A DNA stretch of 64,000 bases from the NCBI GenBank assembly GCA_965645245.1, contig OZ287084.1, positions 372,001-436,000 of the forward strand, given 5' to 3'. The position numbers were made by a program, and so were the translations under genes. Source of the stretch: Massalongia carnosa. Its lineage: Eukaryota. A model generated the notes under the pieces. That model was given only the letters and a program-made list of their open reading frames with translations. It did not search any database and was not told the origin of the DNA. Below are positions 27,742-40,091 of the stretch, piece by piece; within the stretch, counting starts at the first letter, position 1, and the number at the start of each line of letters is the position of its first letter.

Positions 27742-28002
27742 AGGTGCGGGGGTTGACGAGGATGCTAAGGGAGTAGGAGCGGGATGGCTCGGGGATGGGA
27801 CGGATTTTGAGTAGAGGAGCAGTCAACACCCCATCTCAAGCTCGCCTTATAGACACGATCTACTCAAACAGAGAACCCCCTTCCAGAATAGAACCTGCCC
27901 CCAAACCCCATTGGCGAATTTCCCTAAAACATAGAGCCACCAAACACCTAGGCACGACAGAATCCAAGCCTGGGAAACCCCGAGAGCCCGATTTTAGACA
28001 GC

Positions 28003-28270
28003 TAGGTACGTAGGTATGTAGGTACGTAGGTATGTAGGTAGATAAGTAGATAGATAGGTACTAGCTACCTCTAGTCTACTAGGCTAGGCACAGGTATATA
28101 AACATTTATACCTAGGAAAACTCTCTTCTGGTCATGCTCGGTCGCTTGTAGTTTCGTATGTTTGTTCTTCCCTTGCCCCCCCTACTCTCCTCTACTCTAC
28201 TCTAGCCTGCTCCTGCTCCTACTCTACTCCTACCTACTCTACCTAGTTACTTAGATATGTAATTACGTAC
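28003..28270. repeat. Low-complexity TAGGTA/TACCTA/CTACT simple-repeat tract
   Basis: (TAGGTACG/TAGGTATG) tandem units at about 28003-28040 and CTACT/CCTACT repeats at about 28180-28245. Confidence 0.75.
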
Positions 28271-28639
28271 CCACCTAGACCCAAAAGAAAAGAAAAGAAA
28301 AAGTCCCCGAAAGCCCCCCCCAACCCCACCCCAACATCTCGTTGCTCACAGACAGAAACCGGGGAGGAAAGGAAGGCGTACATGACCTGGCGAGACTTTC
28401 CCTAGAGTTATTACTCATGGGGGTTTCTTTGAGATATTAAGGAAAAAGGATAGGGAAAACTTAGAGATGTAAAATAGACTAGACAGTGTTTGAGGGAATG
28501 CATAAGTTGTTCGATGAGAAGGCAGATAAAACGCCTATGTCGAATTAGGACGTAGAACGCTTCCTTGTTAAATTTGATGAAATGAGATTAGATATTAATC
28601 CTTGAGGACGTTTCAAGGCCAAACTCCCATCTCTACCCT

Positions 28640-29968
28640 GTATCAAATTTCGTAAAAGAAATAACAGTCGTCAAAATTCGTTAGAACAAAAGAAGGGGGT
28701 CGCAACCGCATTCGACTCATGTAGATTGGAAAACTCCAATGCAAAAAAATACGACCACCATGAAAACTCCGCTGAGAGACGAATTACCCGTAAAGAAGGA
28801 GAACAGGTAGGAAAACAGACAATCCGCCCCAAAGGAGACTCCATGCCTGATCCAGTCGAATCGAATCCCAGCGACTGAGTTTGTCGGGCCATGGCTCCAG
28901 CATTTGCCATATGAAAAGTAATTTTAGCCGGCCCCAGAGAGTGAGTGATCCATCATGAAGTCGTGCCCATCGATCGCCATTGGAGCTCTTGCCACTTGTT
29001 AGATCGTGGATTTATTGCATTTCCGAACAATCCCGGAGCCTTTGCTTCCATTCTCGTTGCAGTCCTCCGTCAAAATACGGCTTGGACCGCATCCATCTGC
29101 GCCAACTCTGCACTACCTCCATGGCCTGTTGTTCGCCGATTTCAAACCACTCGCCATGCTTTGTAGCTCCACATTCGTGTTTGCTGTCATGCTTCTTGAC
29201 CCGCACTTGACATGTGCAACTGAAGCAGCGCCGCTCATTGTGTAATTGACGATGAATCAAACCTTCCACCCGCTTGTGCCATGGAACCGATATGAAGCAT
29301 TCAGTCCCGACTGTTTCTAAGGTGTATGTCTTACAGGTTGTCATTATTTGCTTTTGCCGATCTTCGATCATAGCCGTTGTTCGCCCAATCTTAACAAATC
29401 CTGGCCGATCTGGAATTCTAAAGATATAGATAAACCCATCGTCCAAACCTCGTGTTTCCGTTTTTGAATATAACCGCTTCAGCATCAGTTTGATTACGCC
29501 TTGAGCCACTGTCTCTACATTAGCCATCGAATGAGATGGCGTAAATCTTGGAAAGCTCTGGGGAAGTCCAGGCTCCGTTTCACTGGTGTAAAGTGAAGGA
29601 TGGATCGGCCACGCGAACTTGCTGGGGAATAATCGCCATCGTTAGAAAAATCCGAAGTCGCATGACCGGCAGATCCGCGAGGATTCTCGGGCTCCATAAG
29701 TGCAGACTTGGAAGCCCTTGGAAAGGAAGAATGCTCCCTTAATTTGCGCCAAACGCTATACCGTCAGGCAAGACTTTTTTCGTTGGAAATCCGGATCTTA
29801 ATTAGTTCAAAGGTTGTGTTTGCTGATAGAAATGACTTATAGAACACATGAATCCATCGGCGGCTTTGTGTGCCAGATCTAGATGATTCGTGGCAACGAG
29901 AAAGATGGGTGAAATGACTGAATTGGTTGGCAAAGCAGGATGGCCGATAGTGTTGAACGATGGCCCAT
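28640..29968 (-). pseudogene. Disrupted T5orf172/MUG113 (GIY-YIG-like) domain gene
   Basis: ORF 29012-29527 has GFIYIF...VKIGRT...RVEGLIHRQL...HGEWFEI; flanking protein-like frames are broken by a frameshift near 29520 and in-frame stops. Outer boundaries are approximate. Confidence 0.65.
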
Positions 29969-31010
29969 CTTTACATTTTTATATCTGCTTCAAAATCCGC
30001 CTAACCATACACCCGCCTTTTTCATGCATGAGAACATAGCCTCAGTTCTAGTCATAAACAGTCACACAGTTTCGAGCCCCGGGGAGCCAAAGTTTTGAAT
30101 CCGGCGCCTACAGAACCTTGAATCCATTTGGAGATGTCAAGCCGGTTTTTGCAGACGAATGAAGTGAGGAAGTATCGCCAGAGTATACCCGAAGTCAACT
30201 CTTCTTCAACGGGAGAAGCGGAACACGTGAAGTCACGTGGTAATTGGTTGATGGAAGACTTGGCGGCTAACGGCTATTCTGCACCAACCAGCTCCGAGAG
30301 CCCAACATCCACCAATTCACTTCGGAGCCTCGCTGCCTGATATGTTATGGTCCGGACTTGAAGCATGTGTTTCATATCTCGACGTTAGCTACCTGTTCTC
30401 ATGTTCAGCTGCTCGCCAACTAGTTGCAGCAGTTGGCAAAAGTGACGCGTTCATCTCTTTCCCGTCGCTCTTAAACATGAATTCAGCTAATGACGTGGGA
30501 AATTCGACTCAGCCGGCCAGCGATTTTGGAGTTTGCACACTACTGGAACGCCCATTGGTCTCGTTGTACAACGGTCATATAGCTATGCAGGAGAGAAATG
30601 GTTTCCGGTATCCAGGAGCAGGCTCTCTCAAATTAAGCAGACACATCAGTCAGAGGAAATCACAGTCCTGGAAGTCTCGTTAGCTCGGAATTTATGAATG
30701 GTAAAAGGCACAGCATCGGAACTAGGATAGAGCTGGCCTTTCGCTTGATCATGCTTAAACTTCGCTAGCATTCGTAGACGCATATCTAAAACTATTTAAT
30801 GAATATTCTGCGAATGATATCCTGTTGTGGCAAAGAGCCCTTCAAACTACGCGATGCGCCGATAGGGGAGGAGGTTCTGAACTTATAACTTTCGGAGATC
30901 AACAATGAAGGAATCATGCATACAAACTATTTTGATTTGCACTTAGCTCTATACTGCTCCTTTTCCTTCAACCAGCTTCCGCTTTACTCCCACTTACTGG
31001 TCCAAGCCCC

Positions 31011-33693
31011 TCATACCCTGCTGAAGAAGTAAACGTAAGCAAACTTCTTCATCTCCTCCACGTCGCCCTCCGCCTTGACCACTTTTTCGTCGTTGAACAA
31101 CACCCAAGCTAGCCCTTCTTTTGGAATCTCTTTCCGGATGAATGCCACATAATGCCTAACGGTCTCCATCAGCTTCATGGTCTAAGTCATAACAAGACTA
31201 CTTACCCGGCATGAATAGAAGCCCCTTTGTGGCATACAATACTCTGCAGCTGATACCTAACCGGCGACCCCATGTTGCCTGCCAAGGCATTCTCCCTTTT
31301 CCCAGAAGGATCACTTGGTACAGCTTCATCTGCAGGTGTGGCGTCTTCATAACCCCCTTGATCTTCTGGATGGCTAAAAACCCAATCGAGAGCCCGATTG
31401 ACGTCTCCTCCCGTCTCCTTTAGAGCCTTCCGTGCTTGAGGCGCACTGATACCCATAGCACCAAGCGCCTCGACACTCTCAGGGCTAATGCTGTTTGTAG
31501 AGTCTTGCCCCTCTCCGCCGCTACCGAGAATGAACGGCGTGTCAATATCGGGGTCCTCCATGTGCGAGAAGAGCCACGTCATGGCGGCTTCCGCGTCGGA
31601 ATTGCCCGTCGCGTGAAGCGATTTCTCGCAACGAACGCGGGGGAAACCCATAGCTTCCAGTTGGCTAAGAGCACCTTGGTTGGGGACGAATTGCGGAGTT
31701 GGTACGGTTTGGGCGTCTTCAGGAAGGAGCACTTCGCCATCTTGCAGGCCTTTTGACATGTAAATATCCATATCGAACGCTTCGTCTCCCACTACAACTG
31801 GGACGTCAATCTTCGTGGGGACCCAGTTGACGATTTCGAAGCGTCTAGCATTTACTGCAAGAACAGCTGGGAAGGTCTTAAAGAGCGACCGCTTGGTGAA
31901 ACCATCTTTGCTACCACAAGAAGGGCATGTAAGCTCTACTATCTCTGCTCCCGTAAATGTATCAAAACATTCTTTAAGCGTGACTGGCTCGAACTCGTCT
32001 TTCTGCTTCTCCTCCCCTGACGCATCATTAACGACACGTAACTTGCGGCGTACGGGGACGGGAACGGAAATATTTTCCTGCTCGTCGCTTCGATAGCGTA
32101 CTTTTTTGCAGTGTATGCACTTAAGACGTTGCTCCATGACAAAGCGGAAGGCTTGGATGGGATCTCGAAAGGGGGCATGATGTGAGGAGCGCGTGATGAG
32201 CTTGAAAAGGTGGAGCAAGAGTTCAAAGGCGTCTTGCTGGCGCATTGTACTAAACTCTTCGTGTCCTCTACCGATCAGGTGCTTCAACATAGCAGGAGCT
32301 AGACCTTTCTGATGGGGTATCTCAAGGGAATGCTCTGAAGCAACAACGTCAGAGTCCGGATGCGAATACCGCCCAGATATTAGGCCGTCGGCCAGTTTCC
32401 TTAGCTGTGTCTCTAGATCCTCCGCTGGGGCCCGATATTCTAGAGGAGGATCCAGCGGATGATAGTAGCGATCGCGAAATACAGGGAGAGAGAATAAGCA
32501 CTGGAGTATACTAGCTAAATAGCAGCTATTACCCAAATTTTTCAGACCAGTAAATTGGGGTCCAAAAAGAGGTGTCATCTCCTTTCCATCTTCGGTGGTC
32601 ATAGAAAACTCCCATTTTAAGTTTTGCTCTATCTGCATTTCTGTGAGGCTCTTTTCTGTTTTTTGCCGATCTGCAATATTGATCCCCCAGTGGGCCAGAT
32701 GATGAGTGAGCTCTGGGTCTGTAACCTCATCGTTGCAGGCATAGCAATACACATCAGCTGTTCCTTCAGGCGTGATGGACCCAAGCTTAACCGCAATCGT
32801 GTGCATTGTGAGATCCGTGTGCTTTACACCGTGACCGTTCCCGCCCACACCTCCAAACTGAGCTCTGCCACAGCCTAAGTTGCCACACTGTAAGCATAGC
32901 CATAGATTCTCTTTTAAATCACACATTGAACAATGTCCTAGCGCTACTTTGGGTGTCAGCAGGCTGATGTTATCATCGAGAATCTAGCATACCCTGCGAG
33001 TCGATTTGACGAGCTTGATCTTGCTCCAGGTATAGCGTATGCTCGCAAGGTCTCATCTCTTGTTCCCAAGCTTTCACCTCAGCTTGTCTTGCAAAGGTAT
33101 TGGCACTGAGCACGCCATGGATAACCGCTGGAAGCTTGCCACTAGTAGCATCAATGTCGTCAACTTTACAATCGTAACAGCGTATATGGGTCTTGGTTTC
33201 ATAACGATCTGCTTCTGTTTCAGCGGCTATAGCGAGCTTCGATATTTTTTGAGGTGGCTCATCACGCTATTTGGAGTTAGCACCCCCAAAGTGTATCTGG
33301 CAAAAGGCGCCTAAGCTAGCACTCATGCCAAGGAGCCGGAGAAATTGGCTGACCTTAACCTTCTTTCTGCTTCTCTTAATGTTAAGTACCAACGGGTGTT
33401 TAGAAGTTTGGCTATGTAGACGAGCATGATTTCTCTCCCCGGCGCAGCCTCCGTTAAAGCAGAATAAACAAACATTCAGCCCGGCGGGATCATCCTTGTG
33501 AAGTTAGTCATTGTTCATCTATATGTACTCCAACTAACAGTAGAATCGAAGCACTGTGTGCAGTCTTCCCTGTACACTGATTGAAACGGGCTTGGAGGCT
33601 GTAATTCTGCAATTTTTCATCAGTATCATAACAAAGATGAAGAAGCATGAAGAAAATTTGCTCACCCACGGCGCTTATATGCTCGCAAGCCAT
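31011..33693 (-). CDS. UBP14: Ubiquitin-specific protease Ubp14 (USP5/isopeptidase T)
   Basis: ZnF-UBP (LWLCLQCGNLGCGR), Cys box GLKNLGNSCYL, two UBA domains, His box HKGASIHAG|HY; ends AYVYFFSRV*. Confidence 0.95.
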
Positions 33694-34095
33694 GTCGATG
33701 ATATTTCACGTTGGGGAAAGAAAATTGACAGATATGAGCAAGGAAGAAAAGCAGTTAGGTATCTACATGAAAGTTAAGAAACTTGTCGTTGCTGAAACGC
33801 TCAAAAGACTTATGGTTAACGTAATTCTACACAAATCCAAATCTTCGGTATGATTGAACACTCTTCCTTTGGATCGTTTAGTGAATACACAGGAGGCGCT
33901 AGGGCATTCATAAGGCAACTAAAGTTTTATCTTCATACAGACGAACGTTTCTCCAATAGGCATGCTCACTTCATAGAAATGTATTCTAAATTTTCAAAGA
34001 CATCAAAGCTATGGTGGTGGCATTTAAAAAATAAGATCGACTATGCAGCTGCGGGTATTACTTTGATCTTTAGACAAAACGATAGTCTCCAATAG

Positions 34096-35662
34096 CTAAT
34101 GTGCTTTCAGCCATCCAACCATTTGATCAAAAGCCGATCTTTGTGCCTCCTGAATATGAGAATCTTCGTATTCACCCACCACAGCAAAACCTTTCACCAC
34201 GCAATCCAGTTAGTTGATATATAACATAACGCATATTGTGAGTAGCTGCACTCTGCCTCCAGGAGCCAGATTTGCAGTCCCTCTCATCTTCGCACTTATA
34301 GTCCAGGATTCACTCACCATGAGGCACCCCTGAATAAACTTTAATCTCGTGCTCCACCTTATTCTCTTTGAGAAAGCTCTGGCCGGCGGTACGAACATCA
34401 TCTGGAAAAAGCTGATCGTTTTCTGTTGAGCTGAATTAGGGGTTTTTCTACCAATCGAAGGGCTGAAACAAAGGTTTCTGTAGTTATGGAGAAGAAAAGA
34501 GCGCTGGATATTATTTCGAGTAATACCAAAGTAGCCGAAATCTAAAGATCTCATACGTACCAGTGCAGGCCATTGTGATGGGCGATTTGATGCCTTCGAT
34601 ATCCTCTTTAGTCACGAGCGTGCCTAGATTACATGAGAATAAGAGGTTTGAAGACCGATAAGCGCTGCTTACCATGGGCCAAGGCGCCAGCTTTTATAAG
34701 AGGTCCGGCTTTTACCACTCCCTGCTCTTCGTCTTTCACAGCTTGACCCTGAGCAAGAGCATCGGGTAGCTCGGAGCCCAGCAGAAGCACATACTTTCCT
34801 CCAAAACAGTAGCCCACTGCATAGACTCCCCCGCCGTTTGCGACTGCATCAGCAAACTCTTCCTTTAACCCTTCGATAACCTTTTGTAGAAGCGGCAATA
34901 CTTTCTCAGGCGTCTGCCGAGCGAGCCACATGTCTATTCTGAAAGACTTGGCCGTCTCTGCTACGCCAATTTTCACTTTCTCTAGCAAAGATGGATTTGA
35001 TTCCGAGTCACCAATGGGCTCCGTAGCCATGGTAGGCGCTGGATCTCCTGCGAATCTTGAGACAGGACTTGTCAATAGAGGATCCCACATCTTATGTACG
35101 GAAAATACATACTGATCTGGCATGACAACAAGGAACCCTTCGCTTGCATATTTGTCTGCTTGAATTTGATTGTTGATCGAGTGAATTCCTGTACCACTGC
35201 TCAAGAAGATCAAAAGCTTGGAGGGAAGGTGAGGGTAGTCGCTTGGCTTGGTTATGTAAACCTAACAAAAACTCAGCACTAGAGAAAATGGTTCAAATAT
35301 TGAAGTCATTGATATTACATCAACATCTGAGATTTTCGATATTTCCTATCCTCCATGGTCAGCATTAACATGCTACAATGGCTCCAGCTCAGAACCCACA
35401 CCACTTGGAGTTGTGGAAGCTGCAGCCCCTCTCAGTCTCAACTTAAGAAAACGAGGATGACGCGAAGCTCACGAGTTGGTCGATCTGTTACGCAGTGCTC
35501 CTAAAGATGATGGTCAATTAAGCATTTGGACGATTCGTGGTCGATTCGAGCAGCTCTCACTCCCATGCTTGTGCCTTGTTGAGCGGGTGTATCCCCCGGT
35601 ATAATGCTTTTGGAACTTGCTCCAGTCGCAGGAGTTTTGGTTGCTACATTGTCTTCAGCCAT
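34096..35662 (-). CDS. Dienelactone hydrolase family protein (multi-exon, with microexons)
   Basis: Nucleophile motif GYCFGG, ENDQLFP and VYSGVPHGFAV; ends WLKAH* at 34096. Confidence 0.85.
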
Positions 35663-35806
35663 AGTTGAGGTTAAGACAGCGTCCCTAGGGTTATTGGACA
35701 GCCCGCACAACGCGGATTTATTGAAGGAATTGTGAGTTATCTGCTTGATTGCCCCGCGCGAAAAACCTTACAGGCGTCTAAAGGCTAAGTGTAACCTATT
35801 AAACTA

Positions 35807-35921
35807 CGCACGCGGGTGAAAAATAAATGTCGCTGTGTGCCATTATAATTCGGTGCCTAAGGTAAAGGTCGCCCCACTAAGTTATAGTGGCACAGTGACA
35901 GTTATTTTTTCACCCTCGTGG
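35807..35921. mobile_element. ~115-bp MITE with ~42-bp imperfect terminal inverted repeats, related to the transposon at 22-23.3 kb
   Basis: Left CACGCGGGTGAAAAATAAATGTCGCTGTGTGCCATTATAA pairs with right TTATAGTGGCACAGTGACAGTTATTTTTTCACCCTCGTGG; the right arm matches 23311-23343; TA at 35805-35806. Confidence 0.8.
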
Positions 35922-35931
35922 TGGGGCAAAA

Positions 35932-35977
35932 CACGAAACGGCTTTAAGTTACACGTTGATTACCGAAGAAGACGCGT
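35932..35977 (+). promoter_or_regulatory. SCB-like (CACGAAA) and MCB (ACGCGT) G1/S elements upstream of RFA1
   Basis: CACGAAA at 35932-35938, ACGCGT at 35972-35977 and CGCGAAA near 35757; RFA1 is a classic MBF target in yeasts. Confidence 0.5.
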
Positions 35978-36055
35978 CGTGGCGTATAGATATTAACAAT
36001 CCCGACATTTGTCACACAGTAAAGCTCATTCCAGATCAAGTACCAAAGATCCAAG

Positions 36056-38180
36056 ATGGCAGCAGATGCAACTTCTTATATCAGCCAAGGCTCTTTGAAG
36101 TAAGCATTAACACTTCTTCGTAACGTCTCGCTTTGTTGAATACTCACGGCTCTTCCTTCGCAGGGCCATATTCGATGATCCAGAGAATGCGGTGCAGCAG
36201 CCTGTTTTCCAATGCGTCCAAATAAAGCCCTTGGCAGGTCAGCAAGGGACTGCAGAGAGGTTTAGAGTAGTCTTTAGTGACGTTCGGAATTTTGTGCAGA
36301 GCATGCTTGCAACTCGTACGTAAACTTTTGCTCTGCGCGTGAAAAGAAGCTCTAGCGGTTTTTTTGGGGGGGTAATATGGCTGAGATATCAGCAGAAGCA
36401 AGCCACTTTGTTCATGAGGGAAAGCTTAAAAAGGGCTGTTTCGTGCGCCTAAAGTCGTTTCAAGCGAATGAAGTGAAGGGGAAAAAGTACAACCTGGATA
36501 CTAATCATTCTGGAGCTCTGGCTGACAAGAGAATTAGAATACTTATTGTGCTAGATCTCGACGTGCTTGAAGAACTTGGGGAAGCCGAAAAGATTGGGGA
36601 ACCAAAAACGCTAGAGATCAAGGCGGAGGACGGAAATCAGTCGACAACTATAGCGACTAATAGCTTCTACGGAACCAAGGTCGGACAACCACAAGAAAAA
36701 GCCCAGCAACAATCGCTGCCCTCAAGATCAAATGCCTTAAGCTCGGCTTCTCACGCTACTATATACCCCATAGAAGCGATATCGCCGTATGGGCACAAAT
36801 GGACGATCAAGGCTCGGTGTACCAACAAATCTGAGATAAAGACATGGCACAACAAGAACGGTGAAGGGAAGCTGTTTAGTGTGAATCTACTAGACGATAG
36901 CGGCGAAATCCGAGCGACAGGCTTCAAGGAGCAATGCGATACCCTTTACAGTGTCTTTCAAGAGGGTGGGGTCTACTACATAAGCTCTCCTTGTAAGGTA
37001 CAGCTGGCCAAGAAACAGTTTTCGAATCTAAGTAATGACTACGAGTTGATGTTTGAGCCTGGAACTGTTGTGGAAAAGGTTCGTTAGAAGGAGATTTGCC
37101 GATTCTCTTGTATACATACTTACAAGGGAAACAGGCAGAAGAGCAAAGTGGTGTTCCTCAGGTCCGCTATAATTTTACTAATATTGGTGACCTTCAAAGC
37201 GTTGAGAAAGACAGCACCATAGATATCATTGGCGTCCTCAAAGAGGTATCCGATACCAATCAGATCGTTGGAAAGACAACAAATAAGCCCTACGATAAAC
37301 GCGAATTGACTCTTGTGGATAACACTAACTTCTCTGTGCGGCTCACCATATGGGGGAATACAGCCACCAAGTTTGATGTAAATTTGGAGTCGGTGATAGC
37401 GTTCAAAGGCGTCAAAGTCTCCGATTTCGGCGGCCGGAGTCTTAGCTTGCTTAGCTCTGGATCTATGACTGTGGATCCAGATATTGATGAAGCGCATCGA
37501 CTCAAAGGCTGGTACGAGGGTCAAGGGAAAGATGGTACTTTCACCTCTCACGCCTCCATGGGTGGTTCAATGGGCGCTGCTGGTGGCAGGGACGACCCTC
37601 TCAAGACAATTCTTCAAGTCTTGGATGAGAATCTTGGCATGTCGGAAAATCCAGACTACTTCACTACCAAAGCGACCATCATCTATGTCAAGCAAGAGGT
37701 CTTTTCGTACCCGGCTTGCCTGACACCTGATTGTAGCAAGAAGGTTGTTGAGGAGGAGCCTGGGCAATGGCTATGTGCACGATGTGAAAAAACACATCCC
37801 AAACCGGAATATCGGTACCTCATGTCCGCTAATGTTAGCGATCACACCGGACAGATATGGCTGAATTGCTTCGGTGATGTGGGGAGGATGATTATGGGTA
37901 AAACGGCCGACCAGTTGAATGAGTTAAAGGAAAATGACGAGAAAGCGGCGGGTGAGGTGTTCCAAGAGGCGGCTTGCAAAACCTGGTTGTTCAAGTGTCG
38001 GGCGAAGATGGATACCTATCAAGAGCAGCAGAGGTATTCATCTAGACTCTAGTATGCCGCGAGTAGTACTAACGTGTTTACAGAGTGCGATATCAAGTGA
38101 TAGGGGCGAACCCCTTGAATTATTCTAATGAATGCGGAAAGTTGGCGGAGCTGATCAAACTTTATAGCATTGAACCCTGA
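36056..38180 (+). CDS. RFA1: Replication protein A large subunit
   Basis: OB folds (WTIKARCTNKSEIKTWHN, GKLFSVNLLDDSGEIRAT, VSDFGGRSLS) and Zn finger YPAC...CSKK...CARC. Confidence 0.96.
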
Positions 38181-38784
38181 TAATGATGAGACTCTTTCTT
38201 TTCGCACTGATTATGTCATTAACGAATATGTCCTCCACCTCGTCCTTGAAACAATCATCTCTATGTGAGCGTAATATCGGCGTCAATCTTCTCTGACGAC
38301 CTGCGGTGTCCTTGGGCGTCTCTGGGAACTGGTTGTAATGAGCGACGACACAGGTACCTGCGCGAGCTCTCTGGAACTCCACAGCGAAAGTGCTACGAGG
38401 CATGCGCATCTTTGATCATATACTCTGTATGGAGTACCCAAGCTCGTTTATCTAGCTCGTCTACACAGTATACGCTTCAGTCTTATCTCCGTCCTAAACC
38501 CACTGATGACGTCCCTCGCCCGTTCCCAGCCGGATAACTACTAATACTCCATTTATCTTCGTCCATCTTCATCTTCGAGCCACAATAGGAGCATCGATCT
38601 GTTTGCATGAGATGCCGAATGAGATGCTCAAGTTTATACTACAAAGTACTTGAGTTCGCTAGCAAAAAACCTTTCGTTAACATTTCCACATCTTTCGTGT
38701 ATCTATTACGATTTCCCCAAAGCCCAGCACTTCAACCCTCTGATACCTTCCTCAACGCCACAGGTCATATCTTCAATCTCACTC

Positions 38785-40091
38785 ATGGCTGCCGAAACAA
38801 TGAGAGCAGTCGGTGAGCCGGCCCCTTGATCCAATGCTCAGTTTTGCACTGAATTCTCTCTATACCCTTTGCTATAATCCATACCCGCAACACCAATCTG
38901 AAGCCTCCTCTCACAAACAGACGTAAAAAATGGCACCGGCCCCGCCTCCGCCCTCTACATTACCAACATCCCAAAACCACATCCCGACCTGTCGGACGCC
39001 ATCGTCAAGATTAAAGTCTTTGGCCTCAATCGAATGGACCTGCTTCAGCGTGAAGGCCACTATCCTGTTCCTCCGCAAGCGCCCAAAACTTTAGGTGTGG
39101 AGTTTTCGGGTGTAGTGGAGAGCTTAGGAACAGAGGCGGAGGGGGAATTCAAAGTAGGTGATGAGGTGTTTGGGTTGGCTTATGGGGGTTTGTATGCCTA
39201 ACCACTATAAACCCACCCCAACGGACCCAAGGTGATGATAGGGTGGTCACAGACCAGAAGAAGCTAAAATATATCCTGTTTCGACAGGAGCATATGCGGA
39301 ATACATAGCCGTCTCCACCCACATGCTTATCCATAAACCCACAGAGCTGTCCTGGGACGAAGCAGCCGCAATCCCAGAGGTTAGTCCCCTAATATAGAGC
39401 CCCCGCCAATTCATCTGTCACTGTCCGCTAACGGCGCTCCCATTTTCTTTAAATAAATTCATAGACATGGATAACCGCCTACCAAGCTCTCCACCAAATC
39501 GGCGCCTTCACCCGTAGCAACACCATCCTCTGGCACGCCGGCGCCTCGGGCGTCTCAATCGCCGGCATTCAGCTCTCCCTCATAGCCGGCGCCTCCGCTG
39601 TCTATGTCACCGCGAGCACGCCAGAGAAACTCGCCTTTTGCACCGACACCCTCGGCGCCACGGCCGGGTTCAACTACAAGACGCAAGACTGGGCGCAGGA
39701 AGTGCTGGCCGCCACCAAGGGCCGCGGGGTCGACATCATCGTCGATTTCGTTGGACAAGCGTATTTCCAGCAGAACCTCGACGCCGTCGCGCCGGACGGG
39801 CGCATCGTGCACTTGGGCTCGCTGAGCGGCACCAAAGTCGCCGCCGGAGTGGACCTGGCTGCCTTCGTGCGCAAGCGCGTGCGTTTCGAGGGCAGCAGTC
39901 TGCGGAGCCGCGACGTAGCCTATCAGCGTAAGCTCCGGGACGGGGTGGTCCGCGAGGCGCTGCCGGGCTTGCGGGAAGGCCGCGTGCGGGTGTTTATCGA
40001 GAGGGTGTTTGGCTGGGCGGAGGTGGCGGAGGCACACCGGCTGATGGAGGGGAACGGCACGATGGGGAAGATTGTTTGTCACGTGGAGTGA
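38785..40091 (+). CDS. NADPH:quinone oxidoreductase (zeta-crystallin/PIG3-like, MDR family)
   Basis: FGLNRMDLLQREGHYP, LGVEFSG, AAIPE|TWITA, WHAGASGV and AHRLMEGNGTMGKIV; three introns. Confidence 0.9.
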
